A DNA stretch of 64,000 nt from Aliarcobacter sp. (GCA_028690445.1 JAQVBE010000009.1:10874-74873), one strand, 5' to 3'. Shown: positions 1-11,055, numbered from the stretch's first letter. Made by a program: numbers and translations. The notes: generated from the sequence alone by a model not told the origin.

Positions 1-602
1 TCAATAGGAATCATTAGTGTTTGGTCTAAAGATTCCTTATATTTTTTATCAATTGATATTAAAAGTTTTTGATTAGTTTTATTTTTTTGATATAGAAAGC
101 CACTCCTATCAAAGCTAGTCCTATTCAAAAGTTCTAAAATCGTTTTTAGAGGAGCAGCTATATTGGGAGATTTTCGGCCAATATGAATAATAAATTGTCG
201 TAATAGTTTTTTGTTTTCTAATACCTGAAATAGACTTTTATTTTTCTCAAAAGCATACATTGAAAGATATTTGATAGCTAGAAATTTTATAGATATTGAT
301 CTTCCTGCAGGAAGAGTTTTTAATCTTCCTTGACCAAAAGTCATATAAAGATAAGTTAATCGTTTAGCTTCTTGAATTAGTTCAGAACAAAGTATATTGT
401 TGAAATAAAGAATATTTTTTCCATTACTATATGGTGTTAAATCCCAAGCACAATCACCATAGTGTGAAAGAGCTTTACCGTCCCTTATTGAAATGATTTG
501 GTTGATAGGAGGTTCTATATGACCATTCTCATCATTATGTTTATAAACGGGAGGTGTATTATCACTATAGTTTAAAAATGGCTGTAAATATATAGAATTC
601 AT
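1..602 (-). CDS. N-terminal 200 aa of a third element gene (IntB-like putative recombinase), partial; not in the ORF track
   Basis: Hand translation is open from ATG at 602 (ATGA overlap with the stop of the 972-aa gene) to base 1: MNSIYLQPFL...SHYGDCAWDLTPY...DQTLMIPI. The YGDxxWD and QTxxIP motifs recall the third gene of integrase trios. Confidence 0.75.
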   Translation of the reverse strand, partial: MNSIYLQPFLNYSDNTPPVYKHNDENGHIEPPINQIISIRDGKALSHYGDCAWDLTPYSNGKNILYFNNILCSELIQEAKRLTYLYMTFGQGRLKTLPAGRSISIKFLAIKYLSMYAFEKNKSLFQVLENKKLLRQFIIHIGRKSPNIAAPLKTILELLNRTSFDRSGFLYQKNKTNQKLLISIDKKYKESLDQTLMIPI

Positions 603-3517
603 GCTAACCTTTCTAATTCATCTAAATCTTTTATCCAATCAAGCCAATATGGTGATAATAAGCCATCATTATAAACTTCTATTTTTGTAGTTGTAATGGT
701 TTGTTTTATTGAAGGTTCTTTTTTAATCATTTCATTAAAAATAGCTTGAATACGGTTAATCCATGGAGTCATTTTTTCTTCATAAAATGATTCATCTTCT
801 GCTTTATCATAAGCTATATTTTCAATGATGTACTGTAAACTTAGGAGTTTTCTAATTTCTTCTTGTTCAGGAAATGTTATAAAGTGCTTGCAAAAAATAC
901 AAGTTTTTGAATCATTACAATTAGCATTAATAGGACTATCTTCATGAAAATTTTTTGGAATTAAATTTTTATCATTTTCACATCCTCCCATTGAACTTTG
1001 CTGTTCTTGCAGAATAGGTTGTTGACTTATTGTATGTTCGTGAAGAGAGTTTAAGAAATTATTTATTTGTAAGCCTAATTCTTTAGAAGTGTATCCATTA
1101 TAGTTGTTGATAAAGGTTGATTTATTATTTTGTAGTACAGATAATGCTATTTTCATATTATGACTATTGAGTGCATCTTTCCCACCATCTTTCCGAATAT
1201 TTCTAGATGTGATGAAAGGTAGTTTATCATCTAAGAAATTTCGTGTGTCATTAAAAATTCTACTACTATTTCCACCTGAAAACTGGGATCTTGTTGTGCT
1301 AGCACTTTTCCCGAATCCAGCTGAAAAGAATAAATATTTGAATTTATTATCATTCAATACAAATTTTCTTAGTAGTAAGAATTTTTTGAAACTTGACATA
1401 AATGCTTTTGGAATTGTAAAGCGGACGGGTTTGTTGCCAGCACGAGGTTTAATAGTTATAAACTCTTTGCGTTCTAAATGCTCAGTTTCATACTCATCTA
1501 TATCAGACCATTCATAAGTACCAAGTATTGAGTCATTGGTACTTGTTAGATAAAGCATACAGATAAACCATGCATCTAAAGCTTTTTTGCCTAGTTGAAG
1601 TCTTTTTTCATGAAATTTATCTGAGTTTAGTTCTTCTAGTTTTTGTAGATTTTTTATTTTTTGTTTTATATATCTATTAGGATACTTGACTTTATTATTT
1701 TTAGCCAAGTTAATTAATTCAGAATCCATTAAAATGGTTCCTTCTGTAGGGTCTATACAATTAATTCCATATTTATTCATTTGGTGATATGGAATTATTA
1801 GATGTTTTGCTAATCCCATAATTATAGCGTGTCCTCTTGGAAGTTGTATTTTGTAAGGGTAGTCTTTTCCCTTTAATAGAAAATCTGCAATTTGATCAAA
1901 TAAATGAAAATAGAAACCAAATGTATAAGAAAAATCTTCTTGAGTGACTTGTTCCATATTTGAAAAAGCATTAGATGATGGAGCTTTTTGTGGAATTATA
2001 TATGAATTATAGTCTTTAGTGATTTCTGATTCATTAACAAGAAACATTCCTGCAAGTAAACTTATCATTCCTTTTTGTTCTATTGAGCAAACAGCATGTC
2101 TTTTTTCTCCTGATTTTAATAGTCTGTGTAAATGAATAGAATAATGATAAAACATATTATTTGCTTCTTTGATAGTCTTAGGAATATAGTCTCCCATCCA
2201 CAAAGCTGCTAAAATCATTCTTGGAATTAAACTCGTGAGTATTGAATGGTTAATCCCTTCACAAGCATTGAGTAAACCTTTAATATATATAGTTCTATCA
2301 TCCTTATATCCATCAGGGTTTACAAATAACCTATTTTTACTATTTGTTTTAGCATTAAGATTATAGGATGAATACATTATATGGGAAAGTGTAAAATAGT
2401 TTACTATTTTAGTTTTTGTGTTAGTAACTGAAATCCCCAACCTCTTATATATAAGTGAATGGTTTGCAGTTTGTATTTTTTGAATAAGTAAATCTTTATC
2501 GATATATAGAATATGTATTTCAGTTAAACCTTTAGAAGTATATTCTTCAATTTGATTTAGCAAATTAAGTTTCCATTCAAATAGGTTTTTTGATAAAAAT
2601 TCAGAATTAAATCCTGCTTTTTTAGAAACAATTCGGGGAGTAATATCTACTTGTTCTTTCACTAATTGTTTAAAAGCTGTTCTACACTGTATTCCATCAA
2701 TCCCTCCCTCTTTTTGCCACTTTCGATCTGCAGCTTTTATCTTAGTTTTAATATCTAATTGCCAAGGGTAATTGGGTTTTTCTATATTTGTTGCTGCGTA
2801 TCCTGCTTCTGTGCATATTGTGTTCAAGTAAGGACGTTCCTGATTTTTAATATACTTATCTAAAATCTTATTAATTACCTTTAGCTCTTTACCTCCTTTT
2901 CTTTGCCATTTTTTGTCTGCCTTATCAATTGCATTTGCAAGACGTATTTGCCATGGATAGGCTAATCGATTTGAACTTAAAAAATTTTGGTATTTGTTTA
3001 TTCCAATTGCTATGTCTTTTTTTATCGGACGTTCTCCATTTTTTATCATTTTTTTTAAAAAATCAAGACTTGTTCTAGCATCTAAACCTCCAAAATTCTC
3101 CCATCTTTTCTGTTCTTTGATTACTAGAGCATAAAGCTCTTTTTGCCAGAAGTATCTTAAATTAGCTTTTCTCAGATACCATGCCTTTACTCCTGCTTTT
3201 TCACAAATTATTTTTGGTTCAATCTTACTACCACTTTTTAGTGCGTCTTGAAGAGATTTGGAGAGCTTTTTAGCTATTTCACCTCCTCCCTCTTCCCAAT
3301 TGTATGCTTCTTTATTTATAAGGGATGACAGTTCCCTTTTCCATGGCGTGTTTAAACATAATTTATGTAAAATTCTTGATGAAACACCTTCAGTGAGTCT
3401 TCCTATCATCTGATGATTAGGCTTTTGAGTACCTTCTTTGACAATATTAAATAATGTCTCATAACATTTTCTGTGTTCTTCGCAGCTAAATATGATTTTC
3501 TCAGATGGTTTCAACAT
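599..3517 (-). CDS. 972-aa degenerate tyrosine-recombinase-like protein (SE CDS2-like) with N-terminal tandem repeats and a C-terminal Cys cluster
   Basis: ITSRNIRK in place of HxxR, NNY near the catalytic Tyr position, C-terminal C..NC..KTCIFCKH; 17-nt overlap with the integrase stop. Confidence 0.7.
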   Translation of the reverse strand: MLKPSEKIIFSCEEHRKCYETLFNIVKEGTQKPNHQMIGRLTEGVSSRILHKLCLNTPWKRELSSLINKEAYNWEEGGGEIAKKLSKSLQDALKSGSKIEPKIICEKAGVKAWYLRKANLRYFWQKELYALVIKEQKRWENFGGLDARTSLDFLKKMIKNGERPIKKDIAIGINKYQNFLSSNRLAYPWQIRLANAIDKADKKWQRKGGKELKVINKILDKYIKNQERPYLNTICTEAGYAATNIEKPNYPWQLDIKTKIKAADRKWQKEGGIDGIQCRTAFKQLVKEQVDITPRIVSKKAGFNSEFLSKNLFEWKLNLLNQIEEYTSKGLTEIHILYIDKDLLIQKIQTANHSLIYKRLGISVTNTKTKIVNYFTLSHIMYSSYNLNAKTNSKNRLFVNPDGYKDDRTIYIKGLLNACEGINHSILTSLIPRMILAALWMGDYIPKTIKEANNMFYHYSIHLHRLLKSGEKRHAVCSIEQKGMISLLAGMFLVNESEITKDYNSYIIPQKAPSSNAFSNMEQVTQEDFSYTFGFYFHLFDQIADFLLKGKDYPYKIQLPRGHAIIMGLAKHLIIPYHQMNKYGINCIDPTEGTILMDSELINLAKNNKVKYPNRYIKQKIKNLQKLEELNSDKFHEKRLQLGKKALDAWFICMLYLTSTNDSILGTYEWSDIDEYETEHLERKEFITIKPRAGNKPVRFTIPKAFMSSFKKFLLLRKFVLNDNKFKYLFFSAGFGKSASTTRSQFSGGNSSRIFNDTRNFLDDKLPFITSRNIRKDGGKDALNSHNMKIALSVLQNNKSTFINNYNGYTSKELGLQINNFLNSLHEHTISQQPILQEQQSSMGGCENDKNLIPKNFHEDSPINANCNDSKTCIFCKHFITFPEQEEIRKLLSLQYIIENIAYDKAEDESFYEEKMTPWINRIQAIFNEMIKKEPSIKQTITTTKIEVYNDGLLSPYWLDWIKDLDELERLA

Positions 3518-5066
3518 TTAAATTCTCACTATTTTGGTTAATAAAGGCTGACTGTGATAGCCATTGAAATAGTTTATCTCCTCGTGAATCATATGCAGAG
3601 TATCGGTCTGATTCATTTTGAGAATACTCAAGATATTGTTGTGTTGTTTTTTCATCAGTATGTCCGGCAAAGTCTTTTAGTATTTTCATTCTTTCATTTA
3701 ATGAGAGTTTGCTCTCCTGTTCCGTTCTTATATTTAAATTCATTAAGCAAGTAGCTCTTAGATAATGAAATTTAAATTTAAATTTAACTTTTTTTGAAAT
3801 ATTATTTGTTATGTAAACTCGTATAGAACCCCCATTTGACATATTTTTATAAAGTTCTTTATTAGGGTCACTTTTCGCTATATAGTATGGATTGAAGTTC
3901 TGCGTTATGAAGACATATTCATCAAGCTCATTCTCTTGTGGATATTTGATATTTAGTCTTCTCTGTGTAGCACGTTTAGATATAATATATGACTGTACTA
4001 TATTCATAAGCCAGCCAGGAACTTGCAAATTGTATCTTTTTTCAAGACCTTTAGCATCAATAAGACTTCCTTCTCCAATTGGAATATAATAAAGTTCATT
4101 TGATACGAATTGTTTATTATATTTATGCCAAATATTAAGGCTTTCCGTAGAGAAGTTTTTTGGGAGCTCATTGATAAAATGTTGTAAGCGTAGTGTGAAG
4201 GTAGTGTCCATTCTTGCAGCCGTAAAAATAGAGAATAGAAAAGAAATCATTATTTCAGGTTGTCCTTGGCTATTTAAAAGTTCAAAGAGTTGTATTTGAT
4301 GTTCTTGTGTCAAAGGTTTTGTGTTTCCTCCATCATTTATGTATCCAACATCTTTATTATATGTTCCACGAATTTTATTCCCTTCATTTGTTTCGACTAT
4401 TAATCCTTTATTATTATTTATTGGTATAAATGCAGCATCAACTTTTCCTGGCATCGAAATACCCTTTCCCAAGTGTAAGAAATTATTGCCAAAATAATCA
4501 TTTACAAATTTATAGAATGAGGTTATTGGATATAAAAGCTTTTTTGCGTAACGAGGTTTGATTTCCTGTTTATTAACTCTTTCTTGCAAGTAATCTCGAT
4601 ACTTGATATTAGGTCTACTAAAAGGACGTTTAGCAACTTTCCAGAAAGGCATCTCTTCTCGTATACTTGGATTACGTTCATATATTAGGTCAAGTTCATC
4701 ATCTCTTTCATCACAAAAAAGTTTATATTTTTGTAATGCTTGAGAATGTTCTTGAATCGTTTTTGAAGGAACTCTTTGATCTTCATTATAAGCAGTATCA
4801 TCTTGAATTAAATGTATAAGGTATAGATTTGCTTCTATCCAAAGAGTATGATCACGGTTCATTACAAATGTGAAATGAGAATAGTATGAAGGGTCATAAT
4901 TCACATGCTCTATCCAATATGTATCAAAAAAAGGTTTCTTATAATAAAGAGGTTTATCTTTCTGATTAAGAACAGGTAGGTAGTTTATACTATATTCAGA
5001 TGTAGGGATAAACAAACGAATATTTGATGATATTTTTTGATTTAGAAGATTATCGTTTAGTTTCAT
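3501..5066 (-). CDS. Site-specific tyrosine recombinase/integrase (IntA-like)
   Basis: Catalytic motifs TAARMDT (R), DAKG (K), FHYLRAT (HxxR), AGHTDEKTTQQYL (H...Y). Confidence 0.92.
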   Translation of the reverse strand: MKLNDNLLNQKISSNIRLFIPTSEYSINYLPVLNQKDKPLYYKKPFFDTYWIEHVNYDPSYYSHFTFVMNRDHTLWIEANLYLIHLIQDDTAYNEDQRVPSKTIQEHSQALQKYKLFCDERDDELDLIYERNPSIREEMPFWKVAKRPFSRPNIKYRDYLQERVNKQEIKPRYAKKLLYPITSFYKFVNDYFGNNFLHLGKGISMPGKVDAAFIPINNNKGLIVETNEGNKIRGTYNKDVGYINDGGNTKPLTQEHQIQLFELLNSQGQPEIMISFLFSIFTAARMDTTFTLRLQHFINELPKNFSTESLNIWHKYNKQFVSNELYYIPIGEGSLIDAKGLEKRYNLQVPGWLMNIVQSYIISKRATQRRLNIKYPQENELDEYVFITQNFNPYYIAKSDPNKELYKNMSNGGSIRVYITNNISKKVKFKFKFHYLRATCLMNLNIRTEQESKLSLNERMKILKDFAGHTDEKTTQQYLEYSQNESDRYSAYDSRGDKLFQWLSQSAFINQNSENLNVETI

Positions 5067-5107
5067 GTATTTGATCCCTTATTTATCTTATTTATTGTAT
5101 CAAATAC

Positions 5108-5144
5108 ACTATTAATTTACTAACAAGTAGTAAATATTAATAGT
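5108..5144. repeat. Imperfect inverted repeat between the element end and the integrase start
   Basis: ACTATTAATTTACTA-acaag-TAGTAAATATTAATAGT (15-bp arms, one with a 2-nt insertion). Confidence 0.6.
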
Positions 5145-5164
5145 AAGCTAACAGGTGTCATTGA

Positions 5165-5290
5165 AACTCTTAAAACTCCAAAATTTATATTATTTGGATT
5201 TCTATATTCTGCAAATGAGAAATGAAAACGGCTTTCTAACCAACCTAAATTTGATGTTCCCATATTTTCTTTTGGTAATTTTTTTAACAT
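5165..5290 (-). pseudogene. 5' fragment (42 codons) of a pirin-family gene cut by the element
   Basis: ATG at 5290 with AGGAG RBS, overlapping the dioxygenase stop. MLKKLPKENMGTSNLGWLESRFHFSFAEYRNPNNINFGVLRV matches the pirin N-terminus (GWLxSxxxFSFAxY...FGxLRVxNDD), then reads unrelated sequence to TAG at 5120. Confidence 0.88.
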
Positions 5291-6060
5291 GTTAACTCCT
5301 TGTCAAAAATAAAACTTTCCATCGAGATATTTGAATACAACATCTCACTATTAAATGATTTTCCTTTTTTATTTATAGCATTTCCAAAGGCTATAAACAT
5401 AGGTAAAAAATGCTCAATCGAAGGATGATTTTTATAAAAATTTATATTTTTTTGAATATTTTTTAACTTTTCTTCTTTTGCATTTTCAACAATATCAATC
5501 ATATCATTATTAAACTCTTTTGCGTAATTTCTTATATTTGGGTTCATACTCATATCACCTAAATTATGAGTAATTCCACCACTACAAATAATCAAAGCTT
5601 CATCTTTAAATTGTTGAAGTTTCTCTCCAAGATTAATTAATTGGTTAATATTATATGAAGTAGGAATACTCATTTGTAGTACTGGAATTTCAAGATGTTC
5701 ATACATTAATGCAAGAACATTCCAAACTCCATGATCATAACTTTTTCTATTTTCATCGATTGAGATATTAATATTCTCTTTTTTTAATTTCTCAATCAAA
5801 TCTAAAGTTAATTTCTCATCACTATTTATCTCATATTTTACTTTATATAATTCATCTTCAAAACCATAAAAATCATACATGATTTTATTTGCTTCCGGAC
5901 TGATGATTTTTAAATCTTTTGTTAAATAATGGGCAGAAAATATAATTATATATTTTGGAATTTCTAAGTTTTGTGCCAATTTAAAAATATTTTTTTTAGA
6001 TTTAATGTCACTTAAAATTATATTTGGTGCGCCGTGTGAAATAAATAGTGTTGGATTCAT
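5284..6060 (-). CDS. DODA-type extradiol ring-cleavage dioxygenase (LigB/YgiD family)
   Basis: FISHGAP, SAHY, YDFYGF, DHGVW, SGGITHNL, HPSIEHFLP motifs. Confidence 0.9.
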   Translation of the reverse strand: MNPTLFISHGAPNIILSDIKSKKNIFKLAQNLEIPKYIIIFSAHYLTKDLKIISPEANKIMYDFYGFEDELYKVKYEINSDEKLTLDLIEKLKKENINISIDENRKSYDHGVWNVLALMYEHLEIPVLQMSIPTSYNINQLINLGEKLQQFKDEALIICSGGITHNLGDMSMNPNIRNYAKEFNNDMIDIVENAKEEKLKNIQKNINFYKNHPSIEHFLPMFIAFGNAINKKGKSFNSEMLYSNISMESFIFDKELTC

Positions 6061-6062
6061 GA

Positions 6063-6629
6063 TTATTGTGCTAAAACACCCTCAACATCAATTGATAATT
6101 TAACCTCATCAGACACAGCAACTCCACCTGTTTCTAAAGCTTTGTTCCAAGTTAAATCAAAATCACTTCTTTTAATTTTTCCATTAAGTGAAAAACCTGT
6201 TCTTTGTTTTCCCCATGGATCTTTAATTACAGAACTTGTTTCTAAATCAAGTTTGATGTTTTTTGTTATACCTTTCATAGTGAAATCACCATAAACTGTA
6301 TCTTTTTCAATTTTTGTTGATTTAAAAGTGATTTTTGGGAATTTAGCCACATCAAACATTTCTTCAGCTTTTAAATGTTCATCTCTTTTTTCATTTACTG
6401 TATTAATTGAAGCAACAACAATTTCACCATTTATTGATTTTAATGTATTAGTTTTTTCATCAAATTCAAAAGTTCCAGCAACATCATTAAACTTTCCAGT
6501 AACATTTGTAATCATCATGTGTTTTACTGTAAAACCTGCATTTGTATGACTTGCATCAACATTATAATTTCCTGCAAATAATGCAGTTGAAACAGCCAGT
6601 GAAGCTAAACTTAATTTTAAAATTTTCAT
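6063..6629 (-). CDS. YceI-family lipid/polyisoprenoid-binding periplasmic protein
   Basis: Signal peptide, VDASHT, HMMIT.V.G.F, RDEHLK, DPWG..R.GF motifs. Confidence 0.92.
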   Translation of the reverse strand: MKILKLSLASLAVSTALFAGNYNVDASHTNAGFTVKHMMITNVTGKFNDVAGTFEFDEKTNTLKSINGEIVVASINTVNEKRDEHLKAEEMFDVAKFPKITFKSTKIEKDTVYGDFTMKGITKNIKLDLETSSVIKDPWGKQRTGFSLNGKIKRSDFDLTWNKALETGGVAVSDEVKLSIDVEGVLAQ

Positions 6630-6653
6630 AGTATTCCTTTTATTATTTTATTC

Positions 6654-6665
6654 TACTAATTAGTA
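6654..6665. promoter_or_regulatory. Palindrome TACTAATTAGTA upstream of yceI; candidate MarR operator
   Basis: Perfect 12-bp palindrome; identical copy upstream of marR. Confidence 0.65.
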
Positions 6666-6682
6666 ATATTAAAGCAAAAAAA

Positions 6683-7141
6683 TTAATTTGCTTTGTAAAC
6701 TTTATTCAACAAATCATATAAAGTATTTAATTCTTCATCACTTAAAACTTCCAACGCATGAGTTAGATTTTTTGCATGATTTGGGAAAACCTCTTCAATA
6801 ACATCTTTACCTTTTTGAGTAATAGACAATATTGATGCTCTACTATCATTTGGATCTTTAACTGAAGTTATCCATTCATCTCTTTTAAGATTTTTAACAA
6901 CAACAGTTATATTTCCAGGTGTACTCATAGTTAATTTTGTAATTGAACTGATATTTAAATCACCTAAATGATATAAAACTTCCAACACTTTAAATTGATT
7001 AAACGTAAGATTATGTTTAGACAAATAATTTATTGTTAAATTTGTAATTTTTAAACTAGCTTTTTCTAATCTAACAACAGTTTTCATGGCCTTATCAGTT
7101 CTAGCACCATAAGATTTTAAAGATTTTTTATTCATAAACAT
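6683..7141 (-). CDS. MarR-family transcriptional regulator
   Basis: LTFNQFKVLEVL, STPGNITVVVKNL, DSRASILSIT..G winged-helix motifs. Confidence 0.92.
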   Translation of the reverse strand: MFMNKKSLKSYGARTDKAMKTVVRLEKASLKITNLTINYLSKHNLTFNQFKVLEVLYHLGDLNISSITKLTMSTPGNITVVVKNLKRDEWITSVKDPNDSRASILSITQKGKDVIEEVFPNHAKNLTHALEVLSDEELNTLYDLLNKVYKAN

Positions 7142-7160
7142 ACTCCTTTTGAAATTATAG

Positions 7161-7172
7161 TACTAATTAGTA
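7161..7172. promoter_or_regulatory. Palindrome TACTAATTAGTA upstream of marR; candidate autoregulatory operator
   Basis: Perfect 12-bp palindrome 20 bp upstream of the marR ORF start. Confidence 0.65.
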
Positions 7173-7286
7173 ATAATGTCAAGGGTTTTTAAAAATTTAT
7201 GAAATTTTTTCTTAACCTTTTCATAATGAATCTTTGGATAAAATATTCCGTTTTGCTATAAAGAATGAAAAAATAAGGATACTAAA

Positions 7287-8393
7287 ATGCTATTGACGCC
7301 AGGTCCAACTCCAGTACCAGAATTTGTAAGAAAAGCGATGGCTGATATTACGATTCATCATAGAACTGAAGAGTTTGAAGCGATTTTTAAAAATACTAGA
7401 GAATTATTATTAGAATTATATGGTTTACCTGAAGTTGTTATGTTAGCTTCAAGTGGTACAGGTGCAATGGAAGCTTGTGTTACAAATTTAACACATAAAA
7501 AAGCACTTACAATTAATTCAGGAAAATTTGGTGAGAGATTCGGAAAAATTTGTGCTGCATTTGGTATAGATTACACTGAAATAAAAAATGAATGGAATAC
7601 TCCTGTTAGTGTTGAAGCTGTTGTTGAAGCAATAAAAGCTGATTCTTCAATAGATGCTGTGTTTATTCAAATATGTGAAAGTGCTGGTGGATTAAGACAT
7701 CCAGTTGAACTTCTTGCTGCTGAAATTAAAAAAATTAATAAAGATATTACAATAGTTGCAGATGGAATTACAGCAGTTGGTGTTGAAAAAATCGATACTA
7801 CAAATCTTGATGCAGTTGTAACAGGAAGCCAAAAAGCTCTAATGTTACCACCAGGTCTTGCAATGATTGGATTATCAAATGCAGCAGTTGCTAAAATTGA
7901 ATCAAAACCAAAAGGTTACTATTTTAATTTGGCAATTGAAATTAAGAACCAAAGAAAAAATACAACAGCATGGACGGCTACTACTACACTTATTATTGGT
8001 TTAGGTGCAATTTTAGAAAAACTAAAAGCTGATGGATTTGATAATTTATATAAACAAACAGCTTTAAGAGCAAATGCTACAAGAGAAGCTTTAAAGGCTA
8101 TAGGATTTGAGATTTATCCAAAAACTCCTGCAAATGCTATGACAACTGTTTATACTGAGCAATCAAGTGCAATTAGAAAAATATTAGAAAATAAATATAA
8201 TGTAAATATTGCTGGTGGACAAGATCACTTAGCTGGTAAAATTTTTAGAATTAATCACATGGGATTAGTTGAAGATTTTGAAGCATCTTGGGCTGTAAAT
8301 GCAGTTGAATTAGCACTTGATGATTTAGGTATTAGAACTTTTGATGGAACAGCGAACAGAGTTTTTGCATCAAATATGTTTAAAGGAAATTAA
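7287..8393 (+). CDS. Class V PLP aminotransferase (alanine-glyoxylate/phosphoserine aminotransferase family)
   Basis: LLTPGPTPVP, SSGTGAME, TGSQKALMLPPGL, FRINHMG. Confidence 0.88.
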   Translation: MLLTPGPTPVPEFVRKAMADITIHHRTEEFEAIFKNTRELLLELYGLPEVVMLASSGTGAMEACVTNLTHKKALTINSGKFGERFGKICAAFGIDYTEIKNEWNTPVSVEAVVEAIKADSSIDAVFIQICESAGGLRHPVELLAAEIKKINKDITIVADGITAVGVEKIDTTNLDAVVTGSQKALMLPPGLAMIGLSNAAVAKIESKPKGYYFNLAIEIKNQRKNTTAWTATTTLIIGLGAILEKLKADGFDNLYKQTALRANATREALKAIGFEIYPKTPANAMTTVYTEQSSAIRKILENKYNVNIAGGQDHLAGKIFRINHMGLVEDFEASWAVNAVELALDDLGIRTFDGTANRVFASNMFKGN

Positions 8394-8398
8394 GAATA

Positions 8399-10497
<2,099 letters not shown>

Positions 10498-10503
10498 AAA
10501 CGC

Positions 10504-11055
10504 ATGAGAATGAAATTACATCATACACCGTATGTCTCAAGAAGAATTACAAGAGATTTAATTAGTTGTGACTTTGTTGAGGTTAGAAAAGAAAAACACA
10601 GTATTGAAGCAGAAGTAGAAAGAATTCTAGATGAAGATTTAGAAAAAGAGTTTTCTTTAGATGAAAAAGTTCAAGAAATTCTAGAAGAGCAAGAAGAAGA
10701 AATTGAGTATTTAAATGCTGATAGAAGACAACTTTTCTGGATGACTAAAAAAAGATTAGCTAATGATTTTGGCGTTATTTTAAATAATGAAGATAGATTT
10801 TCAGATATTGCTCACAAAATTTTAGATTATTTATGGGAAGAAGATTTTATACATTATACATGTTCTGATAATCAAATCAAAAATGTAATATTTGCTTCTT
10901 TAGATGATTTTATCAAAGGTTTTGAAAAAGCTGACCATGAAGTTATGGCAAAATTAAAAAATTATAAAAGAAAATTAATACCAGGAACTGATGATTATGA
11001 TCTTGTATATCACAGATTATATGAAGAGGAATTAACAAAAAGAGGATTGATATAA
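10504..11055 (+). CDS. DUF507-family protein
   Basis: Campylobacterota-type conserved protein ending KRKLIPGTDDYDLVYHRLYEEEL. Confidence 0.75.
   Translation: MRMKLHHTPYVSRRITRDLISCDFVEVRKEKHSIEAEVERILDEDLEKEFSLDEKVQEILEEQEEEIEYLNADRRQLFWMTKKRLANDFGVILNNEDRFSDIAHKILDYLWEEDFIHYTCSDNQIKNVIFASLDDFIKGFEKADHEVMAKLKNYKRKLIPGTDDYDLVYHRLYEEELTKRGLI

Larger units (their letters stand above)
1..5164 (-). mobile_element. End of a tyrosine-recombinase integrative element (SE-like, intA-CDS2-intB layout) inserted in a pirin gene; continues beyond the left edge of the window
   Basis: Three overlapping co-oriented recombinase-related genes; similarity to host pirin stops abruptly at ~5165. Confidence 0.8.
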
